A stretch of DNA of 64,000 nucleotides from Solirubrobacterales bacterium (GTDB lineage: Bacteria > Actinomycetota > Thermoleophilia > Solirubrobacterales > Solirubrobacteraceae), in contig JBBQNQ010000001.1 of NCBI GenBank assembly GCA_038330095.1, forward strand, positions 13,755-77,754. The letters run 5' to 3'. Made by a program: the position numbers and the translations under genes. The notes beneath the pieces were generated by a model. That model was not told the DNA's origin, ran no database searches, and saw only the letters and a list, made by a program, of their open reading frames with translations. Each line of letters begins with the position of its first letter. Position 1 is the first letter of the stretch. Positions 18,655-26,946 of this stretch are shown here, in pieces.

Positions 18655-19545
18655 ATGTACCGGGAAGGCGCAGGCTGGAGAACGGCGGTCGCGCTGGTGC
18701 TGGTCGGCGTCGCCCTGTGCGCGGGCGCCGGCACGGCCTCGGCGGCCTTCGATCCGCCCCCGCCCGGCGCCAACGACTGGACCTGCAAGCCCACCCCCGC
18801 TCACCCCCGCCCGGTCGTGCTCGTCCACGGCCTCGGCGCGACCATGGCGGTGAACTGGAGCTTTATCTCGCCCAGGCTGAGAGCCGCGGGCTACTGCGTC
18901 TTCGCGCTGACCTACGGCGTCGACCCGCGCACCGCCGCGCTGCCCTACGCCCCGGGTGGCGTGGTCGCCATGGAGCGCAGCGCCCCTCAGCTCGCCGCCT
19001 TCGTCGACTTCGTACGCGTGTTGACCGGCGCGCGCGAGGTCGACCTCGTCGGTCACTCGGAGGGCACGGTCATGCCCCGCTACTACCTCTCCCGGCTCGG
19101 CGGCGCGAGGGCGGTCCGCCGGTTCGTGGCGCTGACCCCGCTGTGGCGCGGCACCGAGGTCGGCGGCGCGGCGTTCCTGCGCGACGTCGGCGAACGGCTG
19201 GGGATCGCCCGGGCGGTCATCGACCTGGTCGCCGGGCTATGCGGCTCGTGCCCGGAGCTGCTGCGCGGCTCGCCGTTCCTGCGCGGCCTCAACGCGGGCG
19301 GCGAGCCCGTCGCCGGCGTGTCCTACACGAGCATCGTCACGCGCTATGACGAGCTCGTCATCCCCTACACCAGCGGCATCCTCAACGCCGCCGGCACTAC
19401 GAACATCGTCCTGCAGCGGGTCTGCCCGTTCGACCTCTCCGAGCATGTGGCGGTGGCCTTCGACCCCGCCGTCGCAGCACTGGTTCTAAGGGCGCTCGAC
19501 CCGGCGAACGCACGGCCGGTGTCCTGCCTTCGCGCTCGGGGCTGA
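18655..19545 (+). CDS. secreted lipase/esterase (alpha/beta hydrolase)
   Basis: Signal peptide, PVVLVHG and the GHSEG nucleophile elbow. Confidence 0.8.
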   Translation: MYREGAGWRTAVALVLVGVALCAGAGTASAAFDPPPPGANDWTCKPTPAHPRPVVLVHGLGATMAVNWSFISPRLRAAGYCVFALTYGVDPRTAALPYAPGGVVAMERSAPQLAAFVDFVRVLTGAREVDLVGHSEGTVMPRYYLSRLGGARAVRRFVALTPLWRGTEVGGAAFLRDVGERLGIARAVIDLVAGLCGSCPELLRGSPFLRGLNAGGEPVAGVSYTSIVTRYDELVIPYTSGILNAAGTTNIVLQRVCPFDLSEHVAVAFDPAVAALVLRALDPANARPVSCLRARG

Positions 19546-19599
19546 CGGATCTCCTACGCTGGGCCACTGCCCCCCCCCGACCCAGGAGGCACGACGTCG

Positions 19600-21747
19600 A
19601 TGATGCAGCGGCTCACCCGCACGGTTCTGCGCCACAAGCGCATGGTGGCGATCGCCTGGGTACTCCTGACCATCGTCGGGGTGGTGGCCGCCGGCCCGGC
19701 CTCCAAGGCGCTGAACCAACGCTTCAGTGTTCCGGGGCGCGAGGGCTGGGAGGCCAGCCAGGAGATCGAACGGGTCTACGGGAACGGCGGCGAGACGCTG
19801 CCGATCGTCCCGGTGGTCCAGCTGCCACAGGGCAAGACGGTGAGCTCCCCCGGGCTGCGCGCCGAGCTGCTCCGCCTCGAGCGCGAGGTCCAGAAGGCAG
19901 TCCCGAGGGGCCGGGTCGCCGGCTTCGGATCCACAGGCGACCGCGCATTCGCCTCCAAGGACGGCCGGACGGCGTTCATCTATGCAATGCCGCCGCGCAC
20001 CGCGGACGCGTTCGGGGGCAACGTCGACGACCAGCGCAACGTGCGCAAGGCGCTGCAGGGCGCGACGATCTCCGGAGCGCCGGTGCGGGTGACGGGCTAT
20101 GACGCCCTGGCCGACTCCTCGGGCGGCGGCGGTGGAGGTCCCGGCGTCCTGCTCGAGGCCGTGATCGGTGGCGTCGGCGCGCTGGTGGTGCTCGTGTTCG
20201 TGTTCGGCTCGTGGCTCGCTGTGGTCCCGCTGCTCATGGCGATCTGCTCCATCCTCGTCTCGTTCCTGCTGCTCTGGGGGCTGACCGCCATCACCGACGT
20301 ATCGCCGGTGGTGCAGTTCCTCGTCGCCCTGATCGGACTGGGAATCTCGATCGACTACGCGCTGCTGATCGTCGTGCGCTGGCGCGAGGAGCGCGACAAG
20401 GGCCTGGAGGGCGACGAGGCGGTGGCCGCCGCGATGGCCACCGCAGGGCGAGCGGTCGTCTTCTCGGGCACGACCGTCGCAGTCGGGCTGCTCGCGCTGA
20501 TCGCGCTGCCGCTGCCGTTCCTGCGCAGCATGGGCTACGGCGGACTGCTGATTCCGCTGGTGGCGACGCTCGCCGCCATCACCCTGCTGCCCGTGGTTCT
20601 GGCGACGATCGGGCCGCGGCTGGATCGCCGGCGCCTGCGGCGCAGCGACCGCAGCGTCAGATTCTGGCAGCGCTGGTCTGAGGCCGTGGTGCGCCGGCGC
20701 GGCGTCGCGGCCCTGGTCGCGGTGGCGATCCTCGCCGCGCTCGTCGTTCCCGCCACCAACCTGCACCTCGGCAACGCGGACCCGAACACGATTGCCAGGA
20801 GCGGGCAGGCCAAGCAGGGCCTGCTCACGCTCGAGGACTCCGGGATCGGCAGCGGCGCGATCGCGCCGGTCGAGACGCTCGTCCCCGCCGCCGGGGCCGC
20901 AAAGGTGGCCGCCGCCCAGGCGAACGTCGAGGGCATGCACGGCGCGGTCGCCCCGACCGGGCCTGACTGGCGCCGCAACGGCTTGGCGGTGGTGGCGGCG
21001 GTGCCGCACGCGGGCGACGACTCCCAGGCCGGGCGCGACACCGTTCAGGGCGCGCGCGTCGCCGCTCACTCCGCCTCCCCGGGCGCGCGAGTCGGAGGCT
21101 CGGGCCCGCTCGACGCCGACTTCATCGATGCCGTCTACGGAGCCTTCCCGCTGATGATCGCGCTGATCTCGATCCTCACTTTCCTGCTGCTCGCGCGCGC
21201 CTTCCGCTCGCTGCTCTTGCCGGCCAAGGCGGTGGTCCTCAACGTCCTGTCGGTGGGGGCCGCCTGGGGCGTCATGACGCTCGTGTGGCAGGAGGGCCAC
21301 GGGTCCGAGCAGATCTGGGGCATCGCCGCCACGGGCTCGATCGCTTCGTGGGTCCCGCTGATGGTCTTCGCGTTCCTCTACGGCCTCTCCATGGACTACG
21401 AGGTGTTCATCCTCGCCCGCATGCGCGAGGAGTACGACCACACGCGCGACACCGACGAGGCTGTCATCTTCGGCCTCGCCCGCACCGGCCGGCTGGTCAC
21501 CAGCGCCGCGCTGATCCTGTTCCTGGCCTTCGCGGCGCTGGCCTCGGGGCCGGAGACCGACGTCAAGACCCTCGCCACCGGCCTCGCGGCGGGGATCCTC
21601 ATCGACGCGACCGTGGTCCGCGCCCTGCTCGTTCCCGCGGTGGTGTCGCTGTTCGGGCGCTGGAACTGGTGGCTGCCGGCGGGGGCGGCGCGACTGCTGC
21701 GCGTCCGCCCCTCGCCCGAGCCGGTGGCCGAGCCGGGCCCGGCGTAG
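19600..21747 (+). CDS. MMPL family (RND superfamily) transporter
   Basis: 715 aa. Two 6-TM bundles separated by soluble loops. GISIDYALLIVVRWREE and GLSMDYEVFILARMREE motifs. Confidence 0.9.
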   Translation: MMQRLTRTVLRHKRMVAIAWVLLTIVGVVAAGPASKALNQRFSVPGREGWEASQEIERVYGNGGETLPIVPVVQLPQGKTVSSPGLRAELLRLEREVQKAVPRGRVAGFGSTGDRAFASKDGRTAFIYAMPPRTADAFGGNVDDQRNVRKALQGATISGAPVRVTGYDALADSSGGGGGGPGVLLEAVIGGVGALVVLVFVFGSWLAVVPLLMAICSILVSFLLLWGLTAITDVSPVVQFLVALIGLGISIDYALLIVVRWREERDKGLEGDEAVAAAMATAGRAVVFSGTTVAVGLLALIALPLPFLRSMGYGGLLIPLVATLAAITLLPVVLATIGPRLDRRRLRRSDRSVRFWQRWSEAVVRRRGVAALVAVAILAALVVPATNLHLGNADPNTIARSGQAKQGLLTLEDSGIGSGAIAPVETLVPAAGAAKVAAAQANVEGMHGAVAPTGPDWRRNGLAVVAAVPHAGDDSQAGRDTVQGARVAAHSASPGARVGGSGPLDADFIDAVYGAFPLMIALISILTFLLLARAFRSLLLPAKAVVLNVLSVGAAWGVMTLVWQEGHGSEQIWGIAATGSIASWVPLMVFAFLYGLSMDYEVFILARMREEYDHTRDTDEAVIFGLARTGRLVTSAALILFLAFAALASGPETDVKTLATGLAAGILIDATVVRALLVPAVVSLFGRWNWWLPAGAARLLRVRPSPEPVAEPGPA

Positions 21748-21772
21748 CGGGCCGGCGCCAGGGACGCCGCGG

Positions 21773-22276
21773 CTAGCGCTTGAGCCGCTCGGCCAGCTTC
21801 GTGCGCGCGTTGAAAGCGCTCTTCAGCGCCCTGTCCGCGCCCGACCCGTCCGGCGGCATCATGCCGATCTGGCGGGCGTACTGCAGCTGATCGACGACCA
21901 CGAAGTTGGACACGACCTTGCCGTCGCGCACGACGAAGTGGTCGATGCCGTCGATGGCGAGCGCCTTGCCGGTGGGCGCGATGCCCAGCAGCGGGCCCGC
22001 GTGGGTACCCGTCAGGTGCCATTGCACGAACACGTCGTCGCCCTGCGCGGCGATGGTGACGACCTCCATGTGCCAGTCAGGTAACGCGTCGAAGGCGTCC
22101 TGGAAGTAGGCGCCGATCTCCTCGGCGCCGTGGCAGGTCTTGTCCGGGAAGCGCTCGACCGTGGAATCGGTCCAGAACTGCTTGAGCGCGGCGACGTCGC
22201 GGCGATTCAGCGCGTCGAACGCCCAGCGGATCAGCTCGGCGTTGGATGCGTCTGTAGGCGGGGCGGTAGCGGTCAT
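21773..22276 (-). CDS. SnoaL-like ester cyclase family protein
   Basis: Pattern of NTF2-like ester cyclases: RWAFDALNRRDVAAL...WHLTGTHAGPLLGIAPTGK...DHFVVRDGKV. Confidence 0.75.
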   Translation of the reverse strand: MTATAPPTDASNAELIRWAFDALNRRDVAALKQFWTDSTVERFPDKTCHGAEEIGAYFQDAFDALPDWHMEVVTIAAQGDDVFVQWHLTGTHAGPLLGIAPTGKALAIDGIDHFVVRDGKVVSNFVVVDQLQYARQIGMMPPDGSGADRALKSAFNARTKLAERLKR

Positions 22277-22346
22277 GCCGCGATCCTCGCACGCGCCTGG
22301 CGCCGGCGCAACGGCAGCGCTATGTGGCGCCGCCGAGAAGAGAAAC

Positions 22347-22382
22347 GGGCGGCGCGCCGGCAGGGGTGTGGGCGCGCCGCCC
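22347..22382 (-). terminator. strong GC hairpin, likely intrinsic terminator of the mod operon transcript
   Basis: GGGCGGCGCGCC-12 nt-GGCGCGCCGCCC, a perfect 12-bp stem. On the minus strand it is followed by GTTTCTCTTCTC. Confidence 0.5.
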
Positions 22383-22607
22383 GGTCGAGCGCGGGGAGAG
22401 GTTCGGCCTCCGGCCTGCCGCCCCCCGGCGTGACCCGTCGCGTGGCCGCCCCTGGGATACCCGGCGGTCCGACACGACAGCTTGGTAAGGGTGGGGTCGA
22501 GTGTTTAAGGAAGGGGCCACGCTGACGGTCGCGAAACGTGCGATCAAAAGTCAGTCGGTGCTGCCGGGACCCCAGTGGGCCACGACCCCAGCCTCCTGTC
22601 CTTTAAG

Positions 22608-22901
22608 TCAAGAAGGTACCAGCGGAACCGGCTGGTGTGTAGGGGGACCGAGCATGAACAGCTCGAGCTCGAGGTCGGGACCGACATGGTGAGTCGATAT
22701 GAACCTCGTGACCTGGCGGCCAGTGATGCGCTCGACCACAGAGATGAAGCGCGGCTCCATCGCCTGGTGGAAGGTGCTGCGCGTTTCGTGCACGAGCGCC
22801 TTGCGCTGCAGCTCGATCATCGTCTTCTCGACGCATGATCTGCGAGGTGTTCGTCCTCGCGCCCAGCGACGTAGTTCACTGAGCGCCGTCGACCCGGTCA
22901 A
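22608..22901 (-). CDS. DUF2294-like protein, apparently N-terminally truncated
   Basis: VEKTMIELQRKALVHETRSTFHQAMEPRFISVVERITGRQVTRFIS...DLELELFML matches only the C-terminal half of DUF2294. The expected GRGP-containing N-half is missing. Confidence 0.45.
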   Translation of the reverse strand: MTGSTALSELRRWARGRTPRRSCVEKTMIELQRKALVHETRSTFHQAMEPRFISVVERITGRQVTRFISTHHVGPDLELELFMLGPPTHQPVPLVPS

Positions 22902-22910
22902 CGCCCGAGC

Positions 22911-23123
22911 TCAGGTCGGGTCGGTCGCGATCATCACGTCGGAGGCTTTGACCACGGCGGTGACCTCGGCGCCTTCGGTGATGCCGAGCTCGTCCACCGC
23001 TTCGACGGTGATCGAGGCGACTACGCGCTGGCCGCCGACGTCGAGCTCGACGTTGGCGATCGACGCCCCGCGAGCGACCTTCGTCACGGTGGCGCGGAGC
23101 TGGTTGCGAGCGCTGATGCGCAT
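22911..23123 (-). CDS. mop: molybdenum-pterin binding (Mop/TOBE) protein
   Basis: 70 aa. MRISARNQLRATVTKV...ASDVMIA is the canonical single TOBE/Mop domain. Confidence 0.85.
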   Translation of the reverse strand: MRISARNQLRATVTKVARGASIANVELDVGGQRVVASITVEAVDELGITEGAEVTAVVKASDVMIATDPT

Positions 23124-23156
23124 CGGGTGTTCTCCTTGTCGTGGCGGAGGTTGAGC

Positions 23157-24221
23157 CTAGAGGTCGAGCAGCCGCGTGGCAGCGGCTTTCCAGGTTGCGG
23201 TCACCTTGGCGCCAGGGGCGAGGGCGAGTTGCCGAGCGGCGGTCTCGGTGATCTCGGCCGCGACGGGCTGCGGGCCGGCGAGGCCGAGGCGCACGCGGTT
23301 GCCGACCGAGGTGATGGAGACGATCTCGACCGCCAGGTGGTTCTGGGCCGAGCCCGTCGGGGGGACGCCGGCATGCTCGATCGCAATCTCCCACGGAAAG
23401 ACGCTGACCGCGACGGGGCCGCGCGCGTGATCGAGTGCCGTGACCCTGCCGCCGCCGTCGAGATCGACGACGGTGACTCCATCTTCGCCGGCGCGGGCGC
23501 TGCCGGTCAGCACGACGGCGCCGGTGAAGTCGGCGACGAACGCGGTCGCCGGGGTGGCGGCGAGCTCGCTGGCGCTGCCCCGCTGGATGATGCGACCACC
23601 GTCGATGATGGCGGCTTGGGTGCCGAGCAGCGCGGCCTCCGAGAAGTCGTGCGTGACGAGCACGGTGGGGACGTCGATGGCGCGCAGGATGTTTGTGAGC
23701 TCCCGCGCGGCGCGCGCCCGCGTGCGCGAGTCCAGCGCCGACAGCGGTTCGTCGAGGAGCAGGGCGCTGGGCCGGCGGGCGAGCGCTCGCGCCAGCGCGA
23801 CCCGCTGACGTTCACCGCCTGAGAGCGTGCCGGGGCGCGCATCTGCGAGCGCGGCGATGCCCAGGCCCTCGAGCAGCTCGTGCGCGCGCGCGCGGCGCCG
23901 CGCGCGAGATTGCCCGCGCAGCGCGTAGGCGACGTTCTGCCAGACCCGCAGGTGCGCAAAGAGCGCGTAGTCCTGGAACACGTAGCCGCAGCGCCGGCGC
24001 TCCGGCGGCGCATCGATGCCCTGCGCGGTGTCCAGCCAGACCTCGTCCTCGCACTCCACGCGCCCGCGGTCAGGCGCCGCCAGGCCGGCGATGATGCGCA
24101 GCAGCGTGCTCTTGCCGGCTCCGGACGGCCCGGCAAGAGCCAGGCACTCGCCGGCAGGGACTTCGAGCGCTGCGTTGAGCTCGAACGTGCCCAGCCGCGT
24201 GCTGGCGTCAATGCGCAGCAC
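23157..24221 (-). CDS. modC: molybdate ABC transporter ATP-binding protein with C-terminal TOBE domain
   Basis: Walker A GPSGAGKST, signature LSGGERQRVALARAL, C-terminal TOBE. Confidence 0.9.
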   Translation of the reverse strand: MLRIDASTRLGTFELNAALEVPAGECLALAGPSGAGKSTLLRIIAGLAAPDRGRVECEDEVWLDTAQGIDAPPERRRCGYVFQDYALFAHLRVWQNVAYALRGQSRARRRARAHELLEGLGIAALADARPGTLSGGERQRVALARALARRPSALLLDEPLSALDSRTRARAARELTNILRAIDVPTVLVTHDFSEAALLGTQAAIIDGGRIIQRGSASELAATPATAFVADFTGAVVLTGSARAGEDGVTVVDLDGGGRVTALDHARGPVAVSVFPWEIAIEHAGVPPTGSAQNHLAVEIVSITSVGNRVRLGLAGPQPVAAEITETAARQLALAPGAKVTATWKAAATRLLDL

Positions 24222-25026
24222 CGCGAAACGCCCCGTCTCCGGCCGCGAGCTTGACCGACAGGAGCAGCGCAGCGGAGACGATCACCAGTACGGCAGAGAG
24301 CGCGATCGCGCCGGTCAGGTCGGTCGCGAACTGGTCATAGATCGCGAGCGGCGTGGTCTGGGTGATTCCGCGAAACGACCCGGCGAAGATGAGCGTCGCG
24401 CCGAACTCACCGAGCGCCCGTCCCCAGGCGAGCGCCAGCCCGGCCAGCAGGCCCGGTCGCGCGGCGGGCACGGCGATCCGCGCGAACGTCGTCGCCTCGT
24501 TCGCGCCGAGCGTGCGCGACGCCTCCATCCAGCTGCGGTCGACTGCGCCGAAGGCCGCCTGGGCCTGGCGAAGGTAGAACGGCGCGGCGACGAAGGTCAG
24601 CGCCACGACGACCCCGGCCGTCTGCAGGACGAGCTCGATGTGCGCGTCGCGCAGCGCGTGCCCGAGCAGGCCGGCCGGGCCGAACGCCGTCAGCAGCGCG
24701 ATCCCGGCGACTGCGGGTGGAAGCACGAGCGGCAGCTCGACGAGCGTGATCACGACTGCGCGGCCAGGGAACGACCGGGTGGCCAGCAGGTAGGCCGCCG
24801 GCGTGCCGACGACCACGATGATCGCCACCGCGATCGCGGTCGTCTCCAGGCTGAGCTTGAGCGCGTCGGTGGCTACCGGGTCGCCGAGGCTGGCGACCAG
24901 GCGCGCGGGGCTGGTGTCGGCGAAGATCGCGACGATCGGCAAGACCAGGAACGCCAGCGCCACGACCACCGCCACCGCGAGCACCAACGAGAACCAGCCC
25001 GGCCGACGTCCCGGCCGGCGGCTCAC
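24208..25026 (-). CDS. modB: molybdate ABC transporter permease
   Basis: Six-TM permease with an EAS/EAA-type loop (EASRTLGANEATTFARIAVPAARPG). Overlaps modA and modC. Confidence 0.9.
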   Translation of the reverse strand: MSRRPGRRPGWFSLVLAVAVVVALAFLVLPIVAIFADTSPARLVASLGDPVATDALKLSLETTAIAVAIIVVVGTPAAYLLATRSFPGRAVVITLVELPLVLPPAVAGIALLTAFGPAGLLGHALRDAHIELVLQTAGVVVALTFVAAPFYLRQAQAAFGAVDRSWMEASRTLGANEATTFARIAVPAARPGLLAGLALAWGRALGEFGATLIFAGSFRGITQTTPLAIYDQFATDLTGAIALSAVLVIVSAALLLSVKLAAGDGAFRGAAH

Positions 25027-25796
25027 TTGGGGGGTGGGAGGAAGCCCGCCGCGCGCAGATCCTGCTGGCCGGGCCCGCGAAGCAGCCCCGCGATAAACGC
25101 CTGGGCCTCCTTCGGGTGCTTGGCTCCCTTCACGACCGCCACGCCGTAGGCGACCCGCGGCTGCAGGCTCGCGGGCAGCGCGACCGCCTTTGCCTTGCCC
25201 GAGCTGGCGGAGACGGCGGTGACATAGACGAACCCCGCATCGACGGCCTTCCCGGTGACCTTGGCGATCACGCCCTTCACGTCGGGTTCGTTGGAGCGCA
25301 CGTTGGCCAGGATCTTCTTCTCTTCCGCAGAGGGCAAGCCGGACAGGACGTTGCGCGTGTAGGCGCCGATCGGCACGCTCGCCGACCCGATCGCGATCGT
25401 CACGCCGGGCTCGGCCAGATCGCCTACCGAGCGCACCTTGCTCGAACCCGCCGGCGCCGCGATCACGAGCCGATTCGAGGTGAAGACGACCGGCTTTGAG
25501 ACGAGCCCCTTGCCGTACAGCATGTCGGGCAGCTTGGTGTTCGCGGCGGCGAACACGTCGGGCTTCACGCCGCGCTGGATCTGGGCCGCCAGCTCATCTG
25601 AGCCGGCGAACGAGAACTTCGCGTTGGCGTCGGTGAACTGGGTCCCGTACTCCGTGAACGCCTTCGTCAGCGACGCTGCCGCCGACACGGTCAAGTCCGG
25701 TTTGCTCCCGTCGCCCCCGCTCGAGCTCCCGCACCCGGTCGCGACCGCGAGGATGCCGGCCACGAGCATCGTGACCACCCTTACGCGTGCTCTCAT
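25023..25796 (-). CDS. modA: molybdate-binding lipoprotein
   Basis: Lipobox VATGCGSS plus the ModA fold pattern (TVSAAASL...FSFAGS...DVFAAAN). Confidence 0.9.
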   Translation of the reverse strand: MRARVRVVTMLVAGILAVATGCGSSSGGDGSKPDLTVSAAASLTKAFTEYGTQFTDANAKFSFAGSDELAAQIQRGVKPDVFAAANTKLPDMLYGKGLVSKPVVFTSNRLVIAAPAGSSKVRSVGDLAEPGVTIAIGSASVPIGAYTRNVLSGLPSAEEKKILANVRSNEPDVKGVIAKVTGKAVDAGFVYVTAVSASSGKAKAVALPASLQPRVAYGVAVVKGAKHPKEAQAFIAGLLRGPGQQDLRAAGFLPPPK

Positions 25797-26185
25797 TCCG
25801 CCCCGCCCTTTTCCACCATCACCGAGGTTGCCTTCACCGTCGCGGTAGCCGGTGCCCCGCGCACCAGCCTCAGCTCTTCGACGGCGTCACGTGTCACGGC
25901 CGCGGTGACGAGGAACGGACCCGCCTCGATCTCGACCAGCGCCATCACACCGTCGACCTCTACCGACCGGACCACACCGGCGAACCGGTTGCGCGCCGAC
26001 AAGTCATGCCCCGCCGCGTGGCGCTTGGGATGCGCCGCCAGGCGCTCGACCTCCGAGGAGGCGACAAGTCGGCGGTTTCGCTCGTCGCGTGTCGTGCGCA
26101 GCTTCCCCGCACGGTCCCAGCGACGCAGCGTGTCCACGCTCACCCCCAGCGCCTGAGCCGCTTCACCCAGCGACAAGTCCGCCAT
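25793..26185 (-). CDS. MerR/excisionase-type HTH + TOBE domain molybdenum-responsive regulator
   Basis: N-terminal LSLGEAAQALGVSVDTLRRWDRAGKL HTH. C-terminal SARNRFAGVVRSVEV...ATVKATSVMV TOBE. Overlaps the modA start. Confidence 0.8.
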   Translation of the reverse strand: MADLSLGEAAQALGVSVDTLRRWDRAGKLRTTRDERNRRLVASSEVERLAAHPKRHAAGHDLSARNRFAGVVRSVEVDGVMALVEIEAGPFLVTAAVTRDAVEELRLVRGAPATATVKATSVMVEKGGAE

Positions 26186-26187
26186 TG

Positions 26188-26204
26188 CCTAAGCATCGCA
26201 TAGG
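26188..26204. promoter_or_regulatory. imperfect palindrome CCTAAGC-ATC-GCATAGG next to the regulator start codon; candidate operator
   Basis: 7-3-7 inverted repeat with 6/7 matches, starting 3 nt upstream of the ATG at 26185. Confidence 0.3.
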
Positions 26205-26234
26205 CGGCTGGCGGTTGACGAACGGCATCGACGA

Positions 26235-26246
26235 GGGAGAGGGAGG
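26235..26246. repeat. 12-nt exact direct copy of the tRNA-Ser 3' end (GGAGAGGGAGGG); candidate distal att-like site
   Basis: Identical to 37211-37222 in the same orientation. It lies in the intergenic gap between the mod operon and the less GC-rich gene block. Confidence 0.3.
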
Positions 26247-26357
26247 GTCAAGTTCGGCCGCGGCGCCGTTCTGCGACGAATTAAGCCCACGCGCCGCACC
26301 TCCACCCCGGCGCCGAGCTGAGCGCCGCCGCGGCGAGCCCTACGCCGCCCGCCTGTC

Positions 26358-26378
26358 GGACCCCTCTGTCAGGGGTCT
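26358..26378 (-). terminator. hairpin directly after the stop of the 26380-26841 gene (copy 1 of a shared motif)
   Basis: GACCCCT-ctgtc-AGGGGTC. Flanks GTCGGACCCC and GGGTCTCC are shared with 41531-41553. Confidence 0.4.
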
Positions 26379-26379
26379 C

Positions 26380-26841
26380 CTAGGGAAGATGGATCAGGAA
26401 GGTGAAGCGGTCGCCGCTTGGTTGCTGTTGGACCCTCACGGTCCCGGTGGCGCGGGCGTAGCGGCCGGTACCACCAGTGATCGCCTGGGTGTAGGTGCGG
26501 GTGCCTCCTAGGCCGGGTTGTAGGAGCTGGACCATGACCTGCCCGCCCTGCAGGATGTAGGTGCCGGTGCACAGCGAGCGCTGGTCGAACAGCGTCGTGC
26601 ACGACGCGGCGTCACGGCCGATCACGCGGCCGTCTTGATCGAGCAGCTTCTCGGTGAAGATCACCGCGTCGCCGGCCGATCGCCCGGCTGGCGGGTTGTC
26701 AACCGATCGCGCCTGTTCGAGCTTGGACGTCGCTCGCAGAATGATCTTGCCGGGTCGCTCGCGTCCGTTCGCCGGCCCGGCCAGCGCGACTGCGCCGATC
26801 AGAGCCGGGCCGAGGATGCAGATTGCGATCGTCCGTCGCAT
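26380..26841 (-). CDS. secreted dirigent/allene-oxide-cyclase-barrel-like protein
   Basis: Signal peptide MRRTIAICILGPALIGAVALA, conserved Cys pair, ITGGTGRYARATG motif. GGAGG Shine-Dalgarno sequence before the ATG at 26841. Confidence 0.6.
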   Translation of the reverse strand: MRRTIAICILGPALIGAVALAGPANGRERPGKIILRATSKLEQARSVDNPPAGRSAGDAVIFTEKLLDQDGRVIGRDAASCTTLFDQRSLCTGTYILQGGQVMVQLLQPGLGGTRTYTQAITGGTGRYARATGTVRVQQQPSGDRFTFLIHLP

Positions 26842-26946
26842 GTCCCCTCCTTCGGTTGGCCGGTAAAAGTCGCCCTCCGCGAGACTATCGGCGTGGTGGA
26901 CCAGCCAATCGCTCATCGCGGCCGCGACGTCGTCCTCGGACTGTCA

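Noticed and set aside
19486-21441. 651-aa minus-strand ORF opposite the MMPL gene. Similar long ORFs occur at 52930..54891, 47938..49821, 43247..44995, 43293..45122, 28501..30006, 5615..6394, 58765..59985 and 59681..61570.
   Set aside because: The translations are Arg/Ala/Gly/Pro-rich low-complexity strings without recognisable motifs. Each lies antisense or out of frame to a gene with clear family signatures. These are typical shadow ORFs of stop-poor high-GC DNA.
22501-22692. 63-aa plus-strand ORF, and the 75-aa minus-strand ORF 22320..22547, in the spacer after the mod operon.
   Set aside because: No ribosome-binding site, poor codon bias and low-complexity products. I treated the region as untranslated, possibly RNA.
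26186-26379. Moco riboswitch upstream of the mod operon or of the molybdopterin oxidoreductase (52707-52749).
   Set aside because: I could not find the conserved Moco-motif blocks I remember. The second spacer is only about 40 nt. I cannot run cmsearch, so this is a weak negative.
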